Shown here piece after piece: positions 51,910 through 64,000 of a DNA stretch of 64,000 nucleotides. Made by a program: the position numbers and the translations under genes. Position 1 is the stretch's first letter, and every line of letters begins with the position of its first letter. Below the pieces are notes generated by a model, which saw only the letters and a list, made by a program, of their open reading frames with translations, searched no databases and was not told the DNA's origin. The DNA is from Candidatus Bathyarchaeota archaeon (GTDB lineage: Archaea; Thermoproteota; Bathyarchaeia; Bathyarchaeales; Bathycorpusculaceae), in NCBI GenBank assembly GCA_963833575.1, contig CAWHXY010000007.1, forward strand, positions 608,001 through 672,000, written 5' to 3'.

Positions 51910-51955
51910 ATTGTACTCTCGACGAATCAAGACATGCAAAGGGGTCATAAATTAG

Positions 51956-52777
51956 TTATTTTTCGCCTTTAATAATCCCTATGCGCCCTACCATGAATGG
52001 CAACTTCAGGGCCGCTGGGATAAACGATGAATTATGTGTTTCAACGAATTCTACTTTGGTTATTCCCCAGCTTTTTATCGTTGCAACCAACGTTTCAGGG
52101 TCACCATAGATTTGTTTGAGAAGGAAAAGATCTTGGAAAGCGAATTTTCCGCCTTTCTTGACTACGCGCAAAGCTTCACGAATTACCTCATGTTTGTCTT
52201 TTTTATCGCTGACTTCGTGGAAACAAAGGTTGCTTACTGCCGCATCAAAATATTCATCCTCAAAGGGCAGCTTTGAAGCGCTTGCTTTCTGAAACACGAC
52301 TCGTTGAGCTACGCTTTCAACTTTAGCATTAGCTTCGCAGGTTTCTTTTGAGTATTCCCAACGTTCTCCCCAATAATCAATCCCAGTTACCTGTGCCGTT
52401 ATGAACTTTTTTGCCAGCTTTATAGATAAGACACCGTTTCCACAACCTATGTCCAAAGCTTGCCCTTCGCCGTTCCAGTCTAAATTTGTAACTACGGTCT
52501 CCCAAATTTGATTTTGGACGTTTCGACCCTTTGGCGAGAAAAGGTACCGCGCATAAGCAAAATACAAACTTACAGCAAAGAACAGTAGAGAAGGAATTGC
52601 CAGCAACCAAAACAGAAAGTTAACAACAACGAATTCGTGCAACAAGAAAATTAATGCTAAGAACACAACGCCAAATATTCCAAATGAATAGATTAGTCGT
52701 TTTGAAACCCAATTACCGTAATCCGCCGGTTGATTCTTCTGGTTAGCCATATCTCTTGCCCATAAACAGTTATGCAA
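51956..52777 (-). CDS. class I SAM-dependent methyltransferase with N-terminal TMs
   Basis: LDIGCGNG, LPFEDEYFDAAVS..FH, RVVKKGG; probable start at MANQK (52750). Confidence 0.9.
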   Translation of the reverse strand: MHNCLWARDMANQKNQPADYGNWVSKRLIYSFGIFGVVFLALIFLLHEFVVVNFLFWLLAIPSLLFFAVSLYFAYARYLFSPKGRNVQNQIWETVVTNLDWNGEGQALDIGCGNGVLSIKLAKKFITAQVTGIDYWGERWEYSKETCEANAKVESVAQRVVFQKASASKLPFEDEYFDAAVSNLCFHEVSDKKDKHEVIREALRVVKKGGKFAFQDLFLLKQIYGDPETLVATIKSWGITKVEFVETHNSSFIPAALKLPFMVGRIGIIKGEK

Positions 52778-52805
52778 GGAATTATAAGAATTAGTTTCTT
52801 GTGTG

Positions 52806-53570
52806 TTAAGGTGTTTGGTTGGCGTTATCAGTAGAATCTATCGTGTCATATACTTGGTTTGCAATGAGCGTTGCTCCTTCACTGTTAGGATGTATTCCAT
52901 CTACAAAGTAACTACTGTTGTTCCCAAATGCATCATAAATGTCGATTATTGGCAAGTTCATTTGGTTTGCCAGATCATCTGTGTGTGGAATTATGGTATT
53001 TGACAAGTAGGCAGGGCTTAAATCTGAACTATCATTAAAAATCGGCGGTGAATCTGCGAGGTAAATTTGTGGAGTGCTTTGGAGACCCTCAAATGAAGTA
53101 ATTAGTTTGGCATAATCAGCCTCAAAACTTTCATTATACTGGTGAAGAGACATGAGGTCATCATTGGTTCCAAGCATGATGATAACGATGTTGGGTTCGA
53201 AGTCTTGGGCAGTTTGGAATTCGGTTTGATTCATGTATGGCTTCCAAGAATTAAGCGAAACCGTTGAACCACTTGATCCAAAGTTGCCTACTGTATAGTT
53301 GTCGCCAAGCATCCCTTGAAGATCAGACGGGTATCCACTAACTGCAGTAATACTGTCACCAACGCATGCAACCCGAATAGGCTCACTCGGAGAAGAAGTG
53401 GAGAGTTCTGAGTTATGTGGATCAAAAATCTTGAAAATTGCCAGAGGTAACATAAGAATGACGATAGCAAGAGCAATTGCCATTAACTTTGTTTGCTTTT
53501 TCATGCTATCTACTCGATTGAAACAAGCCCTTATGTCATCCATTGATTTATCCATGTTGGTAAGAGCCAA
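52806..53570 (-). CDS. SGNH/GDSL esterase, membrane-anchored
   Basis: VGDSIT, LGTND, DGIHP; probable start at MKKQTK (53504). Confidence 0.9.
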   Translation of the reverse strand: MALTNMDKSMDDIRACFNRVDSMKKQTKLMAIALAIVILMLPLAIFKIFDPHNSELSTSSPSEPIRVACVGDSITAVSGYPSDLQGMLGDNYTVGNFGSSGSTVSLNSWKPYMNQTEFQTAQDFEPNIVIIMLGTNDDLMSLHQYNESFEADYAKLITSFEGLQSTPQIYLADSPPIFNDSSDLSPAYLSNTIIPHTDDLANQMNLPIIDIYDAFGNNSSYFVDGIHPNSEGATLIANQVYDTIDSTDNANQTP

Positions 53571-53624
53571 GTCATTGCTTCAACAAGTAATTACGAATAA
53601 CATTTGATTAGAGGATTTCTTTGA

Positions 53625-53667
53625 TGGCGCAGCGGGTTAGATTTGAACCAGGTTTAAATTTTACGCG
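53625..53667 (-). repeat. family C tRNA 3'-end/att-like site, copy 4 (downstream of tRNA-Leu)
   Basis: TGGCGCAGCGGGTTAGATTTGAA CCAGG TTTAAATTTTACGCG vs tRNA-Leu TAGTGCAGAGGGTGGGATTTGAACCCACG. Confidence 0.75.
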
Positions 53668-53789
53668 CATGGAAACAAATCGTTTTGTGTTGCTATGGTA
53701 CCTGTTCCCCATAGTTTTGAAACCTTCAGATGACTTGAGCTCGACCGTTTTGTCTTGGAGTTTGCGAAGAGCGAAGAAAAAGCTCGCAC

Positions 53790-54236
53790 TTACCAAGCTC
53801 CTTCTGTTCCATGTATTTCAAAATGCTCATCTGTAGCGATATGGTTGAACGTCATCTGTAAAGAGTTGTGTGTGCCATCATTAGATAATGTGTAACGGTT
53901 AGGACTTTGTATGTAGTACTTCCAGACCAGCGAGATGTTTTCCGAAATTAAGTCAGTTGGAACTGTTATGTCGAAGAAAACAGTTTTTCTATATGACCCA
54001 ACGAAATCAACTGAAACATACTTCAAATCAGTCAAAGATGAGTTAGATAAGTAAACCTTTGGTGCAGAATTCCAATTGGTACTAACAGTTATAATGTATG
54101 TCTTCTCTCCAACTGAAATAGGATAAGTGTATAATTTGCTCTCTGCGATTTCAAACCATAAGAGCCCACTTATTATTGACGTGATAAGGATTGCTGCTAT
54201 AACGGTTATTACTAATTTTCTTCTCTTCATAAGCAC
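53790..54236 (-). CDS. membrane-anchored hypothetical surface protein
   Basis: KRRK + TM, then a beta-rich domain. Confidence 0.7.
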   Translation of the reverse strand: MLMKRRKLVITVIAAILITSIISGLLWFEIAESKLYTYPISVGEKTYIITVSTNWNSAPKVYLSNSSLTDLKYVSVDFVGSYRKTVFFDITVPTDLISENISLVWKYYIQSPNRYTLSNDGTHNSLQMTFNHIATDEHFEIHGTEGAW

Positions 54237-54269
54237 CGATTAGTTGATTATTTTGACTATAAAGGTTTC

Positions 54270-54311
54270 AGTCTAAGTTTCTTGACTGCCCTTAGTCAAG
54301 GTTTCTTGACG
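54270..54311. repeat. family A element, copy 6
   Basis: AGTCTA agtttc TTGACT gccctt AGTCAA ggtttc TTGACG. Confidence 0.85.
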
Positions 54312-54417
54312 ATTCACCTTTTTATAAATCACACTAAAAAAAAGAAAGTTAAGCATAAAGAGTTTGCAGTAGTGGTTTTTTTAAAAGAAACTCCCGATAA
54401 CTGGGGTTTGCATGTAG

Positions 54418-54502
54418 TGCAGAGGGTGGGATTTGAACCCACGAACCTCTACAGGATAGGCTCCTGAAGCCTACGCCTTTGACCATGCTCGGCGACCTCT
54501 GC
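54418..54502 (-). tRNA. tRNA-Leu(CAG)
   Basis: Acceptor GCAGAGG/CCTCTGC + A; anticodon stem TAGGC/GCCTA with loop TTCAGGA; long variable arm. Confidence 0.95.
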
Positions 54503-54578
54503 GTTTAGTGGTGTATCAAAATTAGTTCTTAATGATAAATATGTTACCACTAGCAAAGCTGCCGTGGTTTTTGAATTC

Positions 54579-54863
54579 TTAAGCTTGGACTTTGAGTTTT
54601 TCAATTATTTTTTGAGTTTCTTCTTCGGAGGGATGTGTGATGGCGCCTACAGGGCAGATGTCTTCGCAACCTCTGCACATAACTACGCATGCATTTTGAT
54701 TTTTTACAACCGTTTTCTTTTCATCATCTTTTACTTCGAATCCAAAAGTCTTCATGTGACAGAAATCTACGCATTTTACGCATCTGATACATTTTTCGTA
54801 ATTGATTTTCGGGCTCCAAGGTATTTTACTTCTAGGAACGCCCTCATATGTTTCTTCAGACAC
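54579..54863 (-). CDS. 2x[4Fe-4S] ferredoxin
   Basis: CIRCVKCVDFC and CVVMCRGCEDICPVGAI. Confidence 0.9.
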   Translation of the reverse strand: MSEETYEGVPRSKIPWSPKINYEKCIRCVKCVDFCHMKTFGFEVKDDEKKTVVKNQNACVVMCRGCEDICPVGAITHPSEEETQKIIEKLKVQA

Positions 54864-54892
54864 AATTTTGCCTTCTTTTCAAATTTAAGGAG

Positions 54893-54966
54893 GGCCGGGG
54901 CAGGGATTTGAACCCTGGCAAAAGGCTCCACAGGCCTCTAGGCTACCAAGCTACCTCACCCCGGCC
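54893..54966 (-). tRNA. tRNA-His(GTG) with genomically encoded G-1
   Basis: G+GCCGGGG/CCCCGGC+C; anticodon loop CTGTGGA. Confidence 0.95.
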
Positions 54967-55201
54967 ACTTTTCGCTGACTTCAGCCTCTTTTCACGCTTG
55001 GGTGCAAACATTTACGTTTTCTCAGCAATATTAACTTGTCTTTTCAACGAAGGATTTCAATCACTGACACAGGCTAATTCCTTTAGCAATTAAGCCATTA
55101 TAAAAGTGCGGCTAAAGGAGGTAACACCAAATTTTGATTGTTCTTCTGCAAGTACCTTTAACTTCAAGTTTTTCTCTACCTATGCATAGAAGGCCGATTG
55201 G

Positions 55202-55828
55202 TTGACAGACGCTTGGCGCGAACCCTATCATGTCGTAATAGAATTAGAAAACAAGGATTGTAAAATGGTAAAGAAACTCGCTTCTTTGGGATTTAGCCAT
55301 TTGAAAGTTGTTGATGTACGCAGTTCAAGCAGCGGATCAGTTAGGCACCTCATGGATGTGGGTGAAGATCAAGCGCATAAGGTTCCACGAGAACTTACAA
55401 CTAAAGGTCATGTTGAAGGTAAATCGTCAGTTTGGCTTGAAAGTGAAGGTTGCCAAGTCTGCAACACCATTTTGTCGCATGACGCTTTTTTAGTATCAGG
55501 TAAAAGCATCCAAGGCAACATGTTGACTTACAGTTTCATGGTGCCAACCTTCGAGGCCTACAGAGGAATATTAAGCGACTTGGAAAAAGCAGGCTACAAT
55601 GTTAACGTGCGCAAACTAGGCAAGTTTGAGCAGCAAATCGGCGTTTTAACGGAAAACCAAGAGAGAATCTTTTGGCTTGCATTAAAAAGTGGGTTTTTTG
55701 ATTATCCAAGACAAATAGGCATGGCGGAGCTCGCGGCTAAACTGGGAATCAGCGCAGCTACGCTTTCAGAGATTGTTCGTAGAGGAACAAGAAGACTGCT
55801 TGAGCACTACTTCAAACGTGAATTGTAG
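55202..55828 (+). CDS. HTH_10 (Bat/HTH-10) family transcription regulator
   Basis: LTENQERI..A..GFFDYPR..ELA..LGIS..TLSE..RRG. Confidence 0.88.
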   Translation: MTDAWREPYHVVIELENKDCKMVKKLASLGFSHLKVVDVRSSSSGSVRHLMDVGEDQAHKVPRELTTKGHVEGKSSVWLESEGCQVCNTILSHDAFLVSGKSIQGNMLTYSFMVPTFEAYRGILSDLEKAGYNVNVRKLGKFEQQIGVLTENQERIFWLALKSGFFDYPRQIGMAELAAKLGISAATLSEIVRRGTRRLLEHYFKREL

Positions 55829-55839
55829 AAAAGAAGAAA

Positions 55840-56517
55840 TTAGATCCTAAGTTGAACGTTTTCGGTGTATTGACGTATTATTTCTGCAAATTCCTTGATT
55901 GTTTCTGGTGCATAAGGTTTGAGCGCTTGAAATTGCTTATCCAATGTGTCCTCTGGGATGAATTGTTGGAGTGCATGGGTTTTTGAGCCTTTTACCATTT
56001 CACCAATGCATGTTGCGTCTTGAGCTGTAACGAGTTCTGGAACAACTGTTGTCCTGAATTCATAAGGTACTTTGCCCATTTTCAGGATTTCCATGGTCCG
56101 CAATAATCCATTGGTATCTTGTGCACCGAGCAGTTTGTATTTTTCCTTACAGGTTTTAACATCCATAGCCACGTAGTCCACGCTTGCCAAGCATTCCTCA
56201 AGCACGTCTGGAAAAAATCCGTTTGTATCCAACTTCACTGAAAAGCCTCGTTGCTTGAGCTTAGCGAGGAATTTGGGCAGTTCCTTATGCATGCATGGTT
56301 CCCCACCGGTAATGACAACTGCATCAACGTATTTTTTGCGACTTTCAAGGATTTCCAGTGCCGCAGCTTCTTGCAGAAACGGCGGCTGCGGGTTTGTGGT
56401 TATTCGCCAATTGTGGCAGAAGGGACAACGTAGATTACAGCCTGGAGTAAACAGCACACTGGCTACTTTGTCGGGGTAATCAAGTAAACTTGTTTTTTGT
56501 ATTCCACTAAACTTCAT
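55840..56517 (-). CDS. nrdG: anaerobic ribonucleotide reductase activating enzyme (radical SAM)
   Basis: GCNLRCPFCHN, TGGEP, KLDTNG; downstream of nrdD. Confidence 0.93.
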   Translation of the reverse strand: MKFSGIQKTSLLDYPDKVASVLFTPGCNLRCPFCHNWRITTNPQPPFLQEAAALEILESRKKYVDAVVITGGEPCMHKELPKFLAKLKQRGFSVKLDTNGFFPDVLEECLASVDYVAMDVKTCKEKYKLLGAQDTNGLLRTMEILKMGKVPYEFRTTVVPELVTAQDATCIGEMVKGSKTHALQQFIPEDTLDKQFQALKPYAPETIKEFAEIIRQYTENVQLRI

Positions 56518-56532
56518 GAAGTAATTTTCCTC

Positions 56533-58659
56533 TCAGGTTGTTAAGGGCGCCGTAGGCATAACTGTTGATCGATCAAAAGTTTTACGTATGGCAAATTCTG
56601 CTTGTTTTCCATCGTTCCATTGGTCAACTGGTCTTAGGTACCCAACTACTCGTGAGTAGATTTCGCAGTTTGCTCCGCAAACGGGGCATTGTTTGTGTTC
56701 ACCGCTTGTGTAACCGTGGGTTGGGCAAATACTAAAGGTCGGCGTTAATGTGAAGTAGGGTAGTTTTGAGTTCATCGATACTTTCTTGATCAGTTCAGCA
56801 GCTGCCTTCCATGAGTGTAACCGTTCGCCCATGAAAATGTGAAACACTGTACCTCCTGTATAAAGTGACTGCAATGTTTCCTGATGTTCTAGGGCTTCGA
56901 AGAGGTCACCGGCAAAATCAACGGGAAGCTGAGAAGAGTTAGTATAGAATGGTTCAGCATGATTTGCGTTAATCTGTTTTTGGTTGGCGAATATTATGTC
57001 TTTATAGCGTTTTTTGTCTATGCGAGCAAGTCTATAAGATGTTCCTTCGGCGGGGGTAGCTTCAAGGTTGTATATGCAGTCTGTTTCTTCTTGATAATCG
57101 GCTAAACGGTTGCGCATGAAAGTCAACAGTTTCAGAGCGAATGCTTGTCCGTCAGGTGATGCAATATTTTGTCCTAGCAGGTTCAAGATTGCTTCGTTGA
57201 CGCCCACGATTCCTATCGTGGAAAAATGATTCTTCCAGAATTTGTCGTAGCCATCCTTTACATGACGTAGGTACCGTCGTGAATAGGGGTACAAACCGTT
57301 ATCGGTGAATGCCTCAAGTACTTTGCGTTTTATCTCTAAGCTTGCTTTTGCAGTTTCCATTAAGGCTTCTAAGCGCTCAAAGAACTCGTCTTCATCTTTC
57401 GACAGATAACCGACTCTTGGAAGATTGAGAGTTACAACGCCTATGCTACCAGTTAATGGATTAGCGCCAAAGAATCCACCGCCCCGTTTGCGTAACTCAC
57501 GATTATCTATTCTCAGGCGGCAGCACATACTTCGAACATCTTCAGGTTTCATGTCAGTGTTAACAAAGTTTGAGAAGTATGGTACACCATATTTGGCGGT
57601 TACTTCAAAGATAGCTTGTGACACCTTTGAATCCCAATCGAAATCTTTGGTTATATTGTATGTAGGAATGGGGAAGGTGAAAACTCTGCCCTTTGAGTCG
57701 CCTTGTTGCATGACCTGAGCGAAAGCTAAATTGAACATTTCCATTTCCTTGGTCATGCTTCCGTATGTGTCTTGGGTTAATTTTCCATTGAAGAGAACTG
57801 CTTCGTCCTTCATGAAATCGGGCACAGTTAAATCTAAAGTTAAATTGGTAAATGGTGTTTGGAAACCTACGCGTGTCGGCACGTTCATGTTGAAGAAGAA
57901 TTCTTGTAGCGCTTGTTCAACATCTTTCTGTTGAAGGTTGTCGTATTTTATGAATGGTGCAAGGTAAGTGTCAAAGTTGCTAAATGCCTGTGCTCCTGCC
58001 GCTTCGCCTTGTAAGGTGTAGAAAAAGTTTACGACTTGACCTAATGCTGTGCGAAAATGTTTTGCAGGTTTGCTTTCGATTTTTCCATGTACTCCGCCGA
58101 ATCCGGAGAGCAGTAAGTCACTTATGTCCCAGCCGACGCAGTAAGGTCCTAAGACGCCTAAGTCGTGAATGTGTATGTCGCCTGAAAAGTGGGCGTCAGC
58201 GATGTTTGTTGGGTAAATTCTGGAAATCCAGTATTTAGCGATCACAGTTGATGATAAATAATTGTTTAATCCTTGCAGGGAATAGCTCATGTTGCTGTTT
58301 TCTTTTACTCGCCAATCCTCAACCTCAAGGTACTGGTCCACCATGTCTGAGGAGCTTAACAGCGCAGCTAATTCACGCATGTCGGTATGCTGTTTCCTGT
58401 AGAGAATGTAGGCTTTAGCTGTCTGGGCATGTCCATTTTCAATTAAACGTTTTTCAACGATATCTTGAACTTCCTCAACGGTCGGCACTCCATCGTCGCC
58501 GTAAGTCTTTTGCAGTTCAGCCACTACTTCATCGCTCAAGCGTTTTGCTTGATCTTTGTTTGTTCCGCCTACTGCTTTTACCGCTTTCCAAATGGCGGTT
58601 GTTATTCGTTCCTGATCAAAGGGTTCTAACTTACTATCACGTTTTAATACAAACCTCAT
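56533..58659 (-). CDS. nrdD: class III anaerobic ribonucleoside-triphosphate reductase with ATP-cone
   Basis: ATP-cone, HIHDL, SMCCRL, EATPAE, glycyl-radical loop YSRVVGYLRPV. Confidence 0.96.
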   Translation of the reverse strand: MRFVLKRDSKLEPFDQERITTAIWKAVKAVGGTNKDQAKRLSDEVVAELQKTYGDDGVPTVEEVQDIVEKRLIENGHAQTAKAYILYRKQHTDMRELAALLSSSDMVDQYLEVEDWRVKENSNMSYSLQGLNNYLSSTVIAKYWISRIYPTNIADAHFSGDIHIHDLGVLGPYCVGWDISDLLLSGFGGVHGKIESKPAKHFRTALGQVVNFFYTLQGEAAGAQAFSNFDTYLAPFIKYDNLQQKDVEQALQEFFFNMNVPTRVGFQTPFTNLTLDLTVPDFMKDEAVLFNGKLTQDTYGSMTKEMEMFNLAFAQVMQQGDSKGRVFTFPIPTYNITKDFDWDSKVSQAIFEVTAKYGVPYFSNFVNTDMKPEDVRSMCCRLRIDNRELRKRGGGFFGANPLTGSIGVVTLNLPRVGYLSKDEDEFFERLEALMETAKASLEIKRKVLEAFTDNGLYPYSRRYLRHVKDGYDKFWKNHFSTIGIVGVNEAILNLLGQNIASPDGQAFALKLLTFMRNRLADYQEETDCIYNLEATPAEGTSYRLARIDKKRYKDIIFANQKQINANHAEPFYTNSSQLPVDFAGDLFEALEHQETLQSLYTGGTVFHIFMGERLHSWKAAAELIKKVSMNSKLPYFTLTPTFSICPTHGYTSGEHKQCPVCGANCEIYSRVVGYLRPVDQWNDGKQAEFAIRKTFDRSTVMPTAPLTT

Positions 58660-59102
58660 TTTTTCACCTCAAGGAGTAACCGCCTGAAATCTTCAGGCTC
58701 TTCAAACTGTTTATAAACTGAAGCAAATCGAATGTATGCGATGCGGTCTAAGTTTTTTAGATGCTTCATGATTAAATCCCCGATTTCTTGGGATGCAACT
58801 TCTTCCGCATCTTTTAGCATAAGATCCTGCCTTACTTTGCCTGCCAACTCGTTGATTTGGCTCATAGTTACAGGTCTTTTCTCACATGCTTTCTGTAAGC
58901 CACGTATAATCTTGTTTACGTCGAAACGTTGAAGCTCACCGTCTTTTTTCCTAACCATAAGCTCTACTGTTTCCAGATACTCGTAGGTAGTGTAGCGTTT
59001 TGAGCAGTTAATACATTCTCTGCGTCTACGCGTAGTGTTCTCTGGAGAGTCGCGTGTTTCCAATGTTTTGGAGTTTTCCGAATTACAGTAGGGGCATCTC
59101 AT
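58656..59102 (-). CDS. nrdR: NrdR transcriptional repressor
   Basis: MRCPYC..RRRRECINC..RYTTYE, ATP-cone, AYIRFASVY. Confidence 0.95.
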   Translation of the reverse strand: MRCPYCNSENSKTLETRDSPENTTRRRRECINCSKRYTTYEYLETVELMVRKKDGELQRFDVNKIIRGLQKACEKRPVTMSQINELAGKVRQDLMLKDAEEVASQEIGDLIMKHLKNLDRIAYIRFASVYKQFEEPEDFRRLLLEVKK

Positions 59103-59124
59103 ATATTCAACATACTCATGCTTT

Positions 59125-59172
59125 GCTATATATGTAGTGTAACAATCTGACTGTAACCACTATAGTTAGCGT
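59125..59172. promoter_or_regulatory. two tandem NrdR boxes next to the TATA box
   Basis: GCTATATATGTAGTGT (59125) and CCACTATAGTTAGCGT (59157), each 12/16 to ACACWATATATWGTGT, 32 bp apart; TTATATA on minus strand at 59174-59180. Confidence 0.75.
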
Positions 59173-59416
59173 ATATATAAGGTCTTTTTACATTAAAACG
59201 CAAATATCATGTATTAAGACAAAAACCACTCCATAAAAAATAAACAAAAAACACAAAATAAAAAATTGAAAAACAGACCTTTTTCAGCAAAAAGCCCCTT
59301 TTTCACGCAAATAATAGTTAGGTTAAAGCTTGCGCAAGAAATATAATTAAAATGGTATATACAGGCTTACTTACCTTTATCTTGATAAAATACGAGAATA
59401 TGACTAAGGTTCAGAT

Positions 59417-59770
59417 ATGAAGCCAAAAATTGTAAAAGCTAGCTCCTTAAAAGAATACGCAACTCCAGAACGGTGTTTTTTATATGAAAATTATAGCGAT
59501 GATAACGTTTCAATTGCAAGAGCGCGAGTTAAACCCGGAGTTACAACCGCTGCACACCATCTCAAAGGGGCAACAGAAATATGCATTATTTCCCGTGGAC
59601 GAGGCAAAGTGAAAGTTGGAGATCTCCAACCAACTGAAGTATTTGCTGGCGACGTAGTAGTTATTCCAGCTGGCGTTTCTCAAAAAATAACTAACATCGG
59701 AAAGACCGATTTAATATTCCATTGCGTCTGCACACCAAGATTCACTGCAGACTGTTACTTTACTGAATAG
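59417..59770 (+). CDS. cupin domain protein
   Basis: PG..T..HHL..E..I..G.G; GD.V.IPAG..Q.I.N. Confidence 0.88.
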   Translation: MKPKIVKASSLKEYATPERCFLYENYSDDNVSIARARVKPGVTTAAHHLKGATEICIISRGRGKVKVGDLQPTEVFAGDVVVIPAGVSQKITNIGKTDLIFHCVCTPRFTADCYFTE

Positions 59771-59921
59771 GAGACAGAAAAAAGTCGCCATAAAAACCGA
59801 CATATATCCATTTTGATAATACCGCTTTATATGTTTTAGACACCAATTAGGGAAATGAGAAGAAAGGAGAAAAAGAGGAGAAAGGGAAGGCTTCTTACGC
59901 CTCTTTATGAGGCATTCCTTC

Positions 59922-62817
<2,896 letters not shown>

Positions 62818-62841
62818 TAATTATTTTCAATTTTCTGACTG

Positions 62842-62979
62842 CTATCCGCTGCCAGATGCCTTATCGATTCCTATGCAACAAGTGCATTTTGCGGTTTCTC
62901 TACAATATGGACAAACACAGTTACAATCATCGATAAATTTTCCGCAGTTTAAGCAACGAGGCAAATCTTTTTCGCACAT
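62842..62979 (-). CDS. 45-aa Cys-rich small protein (10 Cys; below ORF-track cutoff)
   Basis: MCEKDLPRCLNCGKFIDDCNCVCPYCRETAKCTCCIGIDKASGSG; co-oriented between the ferritin-like gene and korA. Confidence 0.7.
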   Translation of the reverse strand: MCEKDLPRCLNCGKFIDDCNCVCPYCRETAKCTCCIGIDKASGSG

Positions 62980-63080
62980 TATCACTTCGCCTCTGCCATA
63001 TTTATGGTTGCATAATCTTCGGAATTAAGTTTTCGGAATTGGGTTTTCCTATGTTTGATAAAAGAGGGGAAGAATGTTTT

Positions 63081-64000
63081 TTATTTTACAAAGTCATCGA
63101 ATGTCCAATAATGATCTTCTTCTTGGAGTATTATGTCTTCGAACATGCGTCTTGTTGTTGTGTCGCCGCGTTTGAGTGCTTCTGCGATAATTTGTCGGTA
63201 TAGAGATATTGTGGTGCTTTCTAATGCATGATCCAGTGTTAAGAAGTCCTGAGCTGTGTCACCGACTGCTGGAAGTGGATCTGGTTTGTATGTTGCTTCA
63301 CCTTCAAGTAGAAAAATACGTTCGCTGATTTTTTCCAGATGGTCCATTTCTGCCATAAAGACGTCTTTCAATATTTTGCTTACAACTGCAGCTTTGTTGG
63401 TTTCGCTGACAGTTTCCAATGGAGTATTTTTCATTCGGAGTTCAAGGAAAGCCATTTTTTCATGCTGATTTGTGTATTGGATAATTGCAGTTATTTCTCC
63501 TGAGACAGCCTTGTTTAAAAGCGTAAAGTAATCGTCCGTGTATATTTTACGCCACTCTGCCAACGGCACTTTGCTTGGCACGTCTTTCTCGTCTTGGAAC
63601 TTTGTATATTCTTGAAACTTGAATAAGTGACCTTCTTCTTCACCGTAGATTTTTTCGAATACTTCGCGTGTTTCCCAATCACCCATTTTTCCAGCTGTCT
63701 CGATGATTTGCCGGTAAAGTGTAAGGGCTTCTTCTTCAGCCTTTACGCCTAGCTTGGCAAATTCGCTTAAGCTATCGCCAACATTAATTTTGCTAGATTT
63801 GGTTGTTGCTTTTCCACCAAGATAGTAAATGCGTTCCATAATAGTTGCTGCATGCTTCATTTCTTGAATTGCAATTTCGCGTAGGAATTTTCCAACAGCA
63901 TCATAAGTGGTTTTATCTAGGAGAATATTTTCGGGAAGAGTTCTTCGTACAAGTTTTTCCATTTTTGCGTGTTGAAGCATATATTGGAGTGAAACTTGAA
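63081..64000 (-). CDS. tandem two-domain ferritin/bacterioferritin-like protein; 5'-truncated by window edge
   Basis: Two repeats of QY..QH..EM.H...ERI..L.G..E..Y..I..GD..TR..FE.I..EE.H. Confidence 0.85.
   Translation of the reverse strand, partial: QVSLQYMLQHAKMEKLVRRTLPENILLDKTTYDAVGKFLREIAIQEMKHAATIMERIYYLGGKATTKSSKINVGDSLSEFAKLGVKAEEEALTLYRQIIETAGKMGDWETREVFEKIYGEEEGHLFKFQEYTKFQDEKDVPSKVPLAEWRKIYTDDYFTLLNKAVSGEITAIIQYTNQHEKMAFLELRMKNTPLETVSETNKAAVVSKILKDVFMAEMDHLEKISERIFLLEGEATYKPDPLPAVGDTAQDFLTLDHALESTTISLYRQIIAEALKRGDTTTRRMFEDIILQEEDHYWTFDDFVK

Overview
Archaeal chromosomal window, most consistent with Bathyarchaeia (inferred from the N-terminally extended Rpo5, TATA-type promoters and many NosD/CASH and PEF-anchored surface proteins). 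Ordinary content includes a tungstate ABC transporter with ModE, hcp, an amino-acid ABC transporter, two tandem amtB genes, a REC-PAS histidine kinase, nrdR-nrdD-nrdG with tandem NrdR boxes, a 2-oxoacid:ferredoxin oxidoreductase, a double ferritin-like protein, three tRNAs (Ser-GCT, Leu-CAG, His-GTG) and a frameshifted IS200-type tnpA element. The unusual signal is three families of short non-coding repeats that divide the accessory regions into gene-sized modules, with no integrase in the window. Family A is a 42-bp element of four alternating AGTCAA/TTGACT hexamers at exact 6-bp spacing; it has 6 copies, each just upstream of a TATA-like box, and 5 lie at junctions of a surface-protein gene array (16.9-23.7 kb). 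Family B is an ~65-85 bp repeat containing TTGAACCCAC; two copies lie just upstream of A elements. Family C is four tRNA-3'-end/inverted-repeat hybrids resembling tyrosine-recombinase cores, bounding 0.75-4.2 kb cassettes downstream of tRNA-Ser and tRNA-Leu. Together they suggest a tRNA-linked, integron-like cassette system acting in trans; this is inference, and a transcription-factor operator is a live alternative for family A. Two short ORFs missed by the ORF track (one with 10 Cys in 45 aa) and four single-base frameshifts were also found.
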